Source of the DNA: Balanoglossus misakiensis
Lineage: Eukaryota; Animalia; Hemichordata
Length of the DNA stretch: 64,000 nucleotides
Direction of reading: 5' to 3'
NCBI GenBank assembly: GCA_040954595.2
Contig: CM082587.2
Coordinates: 10,979,403-11,043,402, forward strand
Shown: positions 61,859 to 64,000 of the stretch, piece by piece
Position numbering within the stretch: position 1 is the first letter of the stretch
How the letters are laid out: every line of letters begins with the position of its first letter
The notes under the pieces: model-generated
Seen by the model: only the letters and a program-made list of their open reading frames with translations
Told to the model about the DNA's origin: nothing
Databases searched by the model: none
Translations under genes and position numbers: made by a program

Positions 61859-62953
61859 AGGCGGAACTCCCGTATAAAAGCGCGAGAGCATGCGAGAGTT
61901 GGCATAATGGTGGGAGATTCAAACTCACTAACAACAGAACGGACGTTGTCCATAATAGACAGTAAATTTAGGTCTACCGATGATTTTTTTGTCTCTAAAT
62001 TCAAAAAGGAGTGCATGAGTTTATTTAGCACGAAATCCGCGGTTTCTGGTGCAATACAATTTGAAAATACTTTCGAAAACCGAAGATGAAATCATTTTGT
62101 CGCCGAGATATGACCGGTATATCGGTACGATGTTCAGTTTGAATCTGCGTGATTGACATATTATGCAAATCGAAGTTGGGCACCATTGATACGTAGTGGC
62201 GTTGATTGCAAAGTGTGCGAGACCTGACAATGGGGATATGATCGTACCAAATTTATCAAACATGAACATGCACACATCCATAAAATCGGTAGTTCTCTTC
62301 TTGGAAATTGTGTTGGTCCTGAAAAGGACCGTTTGTATTTGTGTATCAACCGTACAAAGTGAAGAGGGGAAAGCCTCATCAGTGCAATTTATGCCCAACC
62401 TACGAAACACCGGGTAAATTCGGGTAGAGACCACGGACTAGCCAAGACTGCCTATGTGTGGTTACACATTGCGAACAAAAACAAAATTCACAGGAGTTGA
62501 CCGAATCTCCGGAAGCCGATGTGCTCATGGACACGGTGTTTACTTCGACGGCTGCTGCATCCGACAGACCGGCAGTGTCCCCCGCATCAAACTCGCCGGT
62601 AGCCGATACCACGCACGGTACTAACCCCCGCGGTCGCAGCAGGTGAACTTATGTGCCCCCGCTGGTCGATGACCGAAAGCTCGGCAGAGAAAATTGCCAG
62701 TGCTTTCTCCTGCTCTTCAGTGACCGCTATCTTGATAATTCGTGTCGACATGATAGATTCAGCTGACAACACGTTCCGCGGGTGCCTAAGAACTAGCTGG
62801 ATCGCGTAAGTATAGAAATGTGTTTGCTTTTGGCGGGCGCGGGATGCCCATTTGAGGTCAATTGTTGTAACAATATATAGTGGCGTCAGAGCTTTAGCCA
62901 CGCCTACATTTTATTGATTTTTGCTCGGTAGGGCCCTACCGAGCGTTCCGCCT
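61859..62953 (-). mobile_element. Non-autonomous Kolobok-like DNA transposon
   Basis: TTAA|AGGCGGAAC ... GTTCCGCCT|TTAA. TTAA duplication with purine-purine termini. CpG-rich interior with minus-strand ORF remnants. Confidence 0.7.
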
Positions 62954-64000
62954 TTAACAATAATATACTATTATAACATTGCATAGATTCCAGTTTGTTT
63001 CTGTCCATATCTCACAAACTGTGGTGTGCATACTGTTGAAATGACCTCAAGAAGAAAATGCCAAATGGAAAAATATTTGACATACTAACCTGTATGATAA
63101 TGTTATACGATACATTATATTTAACGGTTCCAATCAAATGTTGAGAACTAAGAAAACAATTTGAGCAGAATTCATTTAAAATTAATTGCAGTTCCGTTTC
63201 ACCGCATTTCATAGGATGATGGCTAAAATTCATAGTATGGTGGATTACCTGTTATGCATTTCTTTCCCTATTTCGTCTGGCAGATTTGAGTTTGACAAGC
63301 TGTCATTTCCCTTTCAGCTCCGCAAAATTGATGGATTTACTTTGACAGCACACAGACTGTCCATTTGTCATCGGAGATACAAGCAGCATCAGGTGCTGAA
63401 CAGCTTGCAGCAGTGTTTGAAAAGAGTACACCACACTAACTTGCAAGAGTGCTTTGGCCCTTTCTTCACACTGTCCGAAACTTGTTGTGTTACATCATTG
63501 CTTAATGAATAAGAAATACACAGGTATTTAGCGTTCCATTCAATACCTACAATAGATAAAAGGGTGTCGGTCTGTATGCGACAATCTTCAATGTCCTTAT
63601 GAGCACAAGGCTTTATTCAGGGAACGTTTTACAGTAAGAATTATATGATATAAACTGAATAAGTTTGTTGTCTGTCAACTCTTCTGTCTTTGTCTTACCG
63701 ATACGGTTCTAACCGCGAACACTGAGGCTTCTCTGCTCGTACACAGTATAAATCAATGGATGATAAAATGCGCCCTCTTTTGGTGAACTCTTCCTACCGC
63801 CCGACCTTCTACCTTACATTAAGGCATGTAGGGCGGTCAGGTAGATGGCAGTGTATTGCAAGCGTCTCTTGCATATTTTTTTCCGCCAGGAATGGCATAC
63901 ATTCGTTTTTGGCGACACCACAACTGCTGGAACTTCTCGAAAAATTGAGAGCCGGATTTCATAAATGCTCATGTTTTCCGAAGGGCTGAAATAAGATCCA

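Overview
Eukaryotic, AT-rich, intron- and transposon-dominated DNA, probably from a marine invertebrate (inferred from the transposon mix). It is not prokaryotic. Left to right: (1) a 5'-truncated LINE with an intact APE-RT ORF (minus). (2) Three minus-strand exons of a host pentraxin/EGF/HYR gene. (3) A ~28 kb compound Helentron (Helitron2-type) locus, 5851-33543: six DINE/HINE-like units joined at (AAAG)n tracts around an intact ~2440-aa OTU-Rep-Pif1 helicase-APE ORF, ending in a stack of 18 terminal hairpins. Four more hairpins lie at internal junctions, two with exactly inverted (flip/flop) loops. (4) A decayed Gypsy element whose integrase ends in a PHD finger, followed by a splice-acceptor-led accessory ORF and split in-frame by a structurally complete but mutated DIRS retrotransposon. 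(5) MITEs, long palindromes, a candidate divergent promoter, a broken plus-strand pentraxin-like gene and a TTAA-flanked Kolobok-like element. All calls come from reading the sequence by eye; no database search was run.
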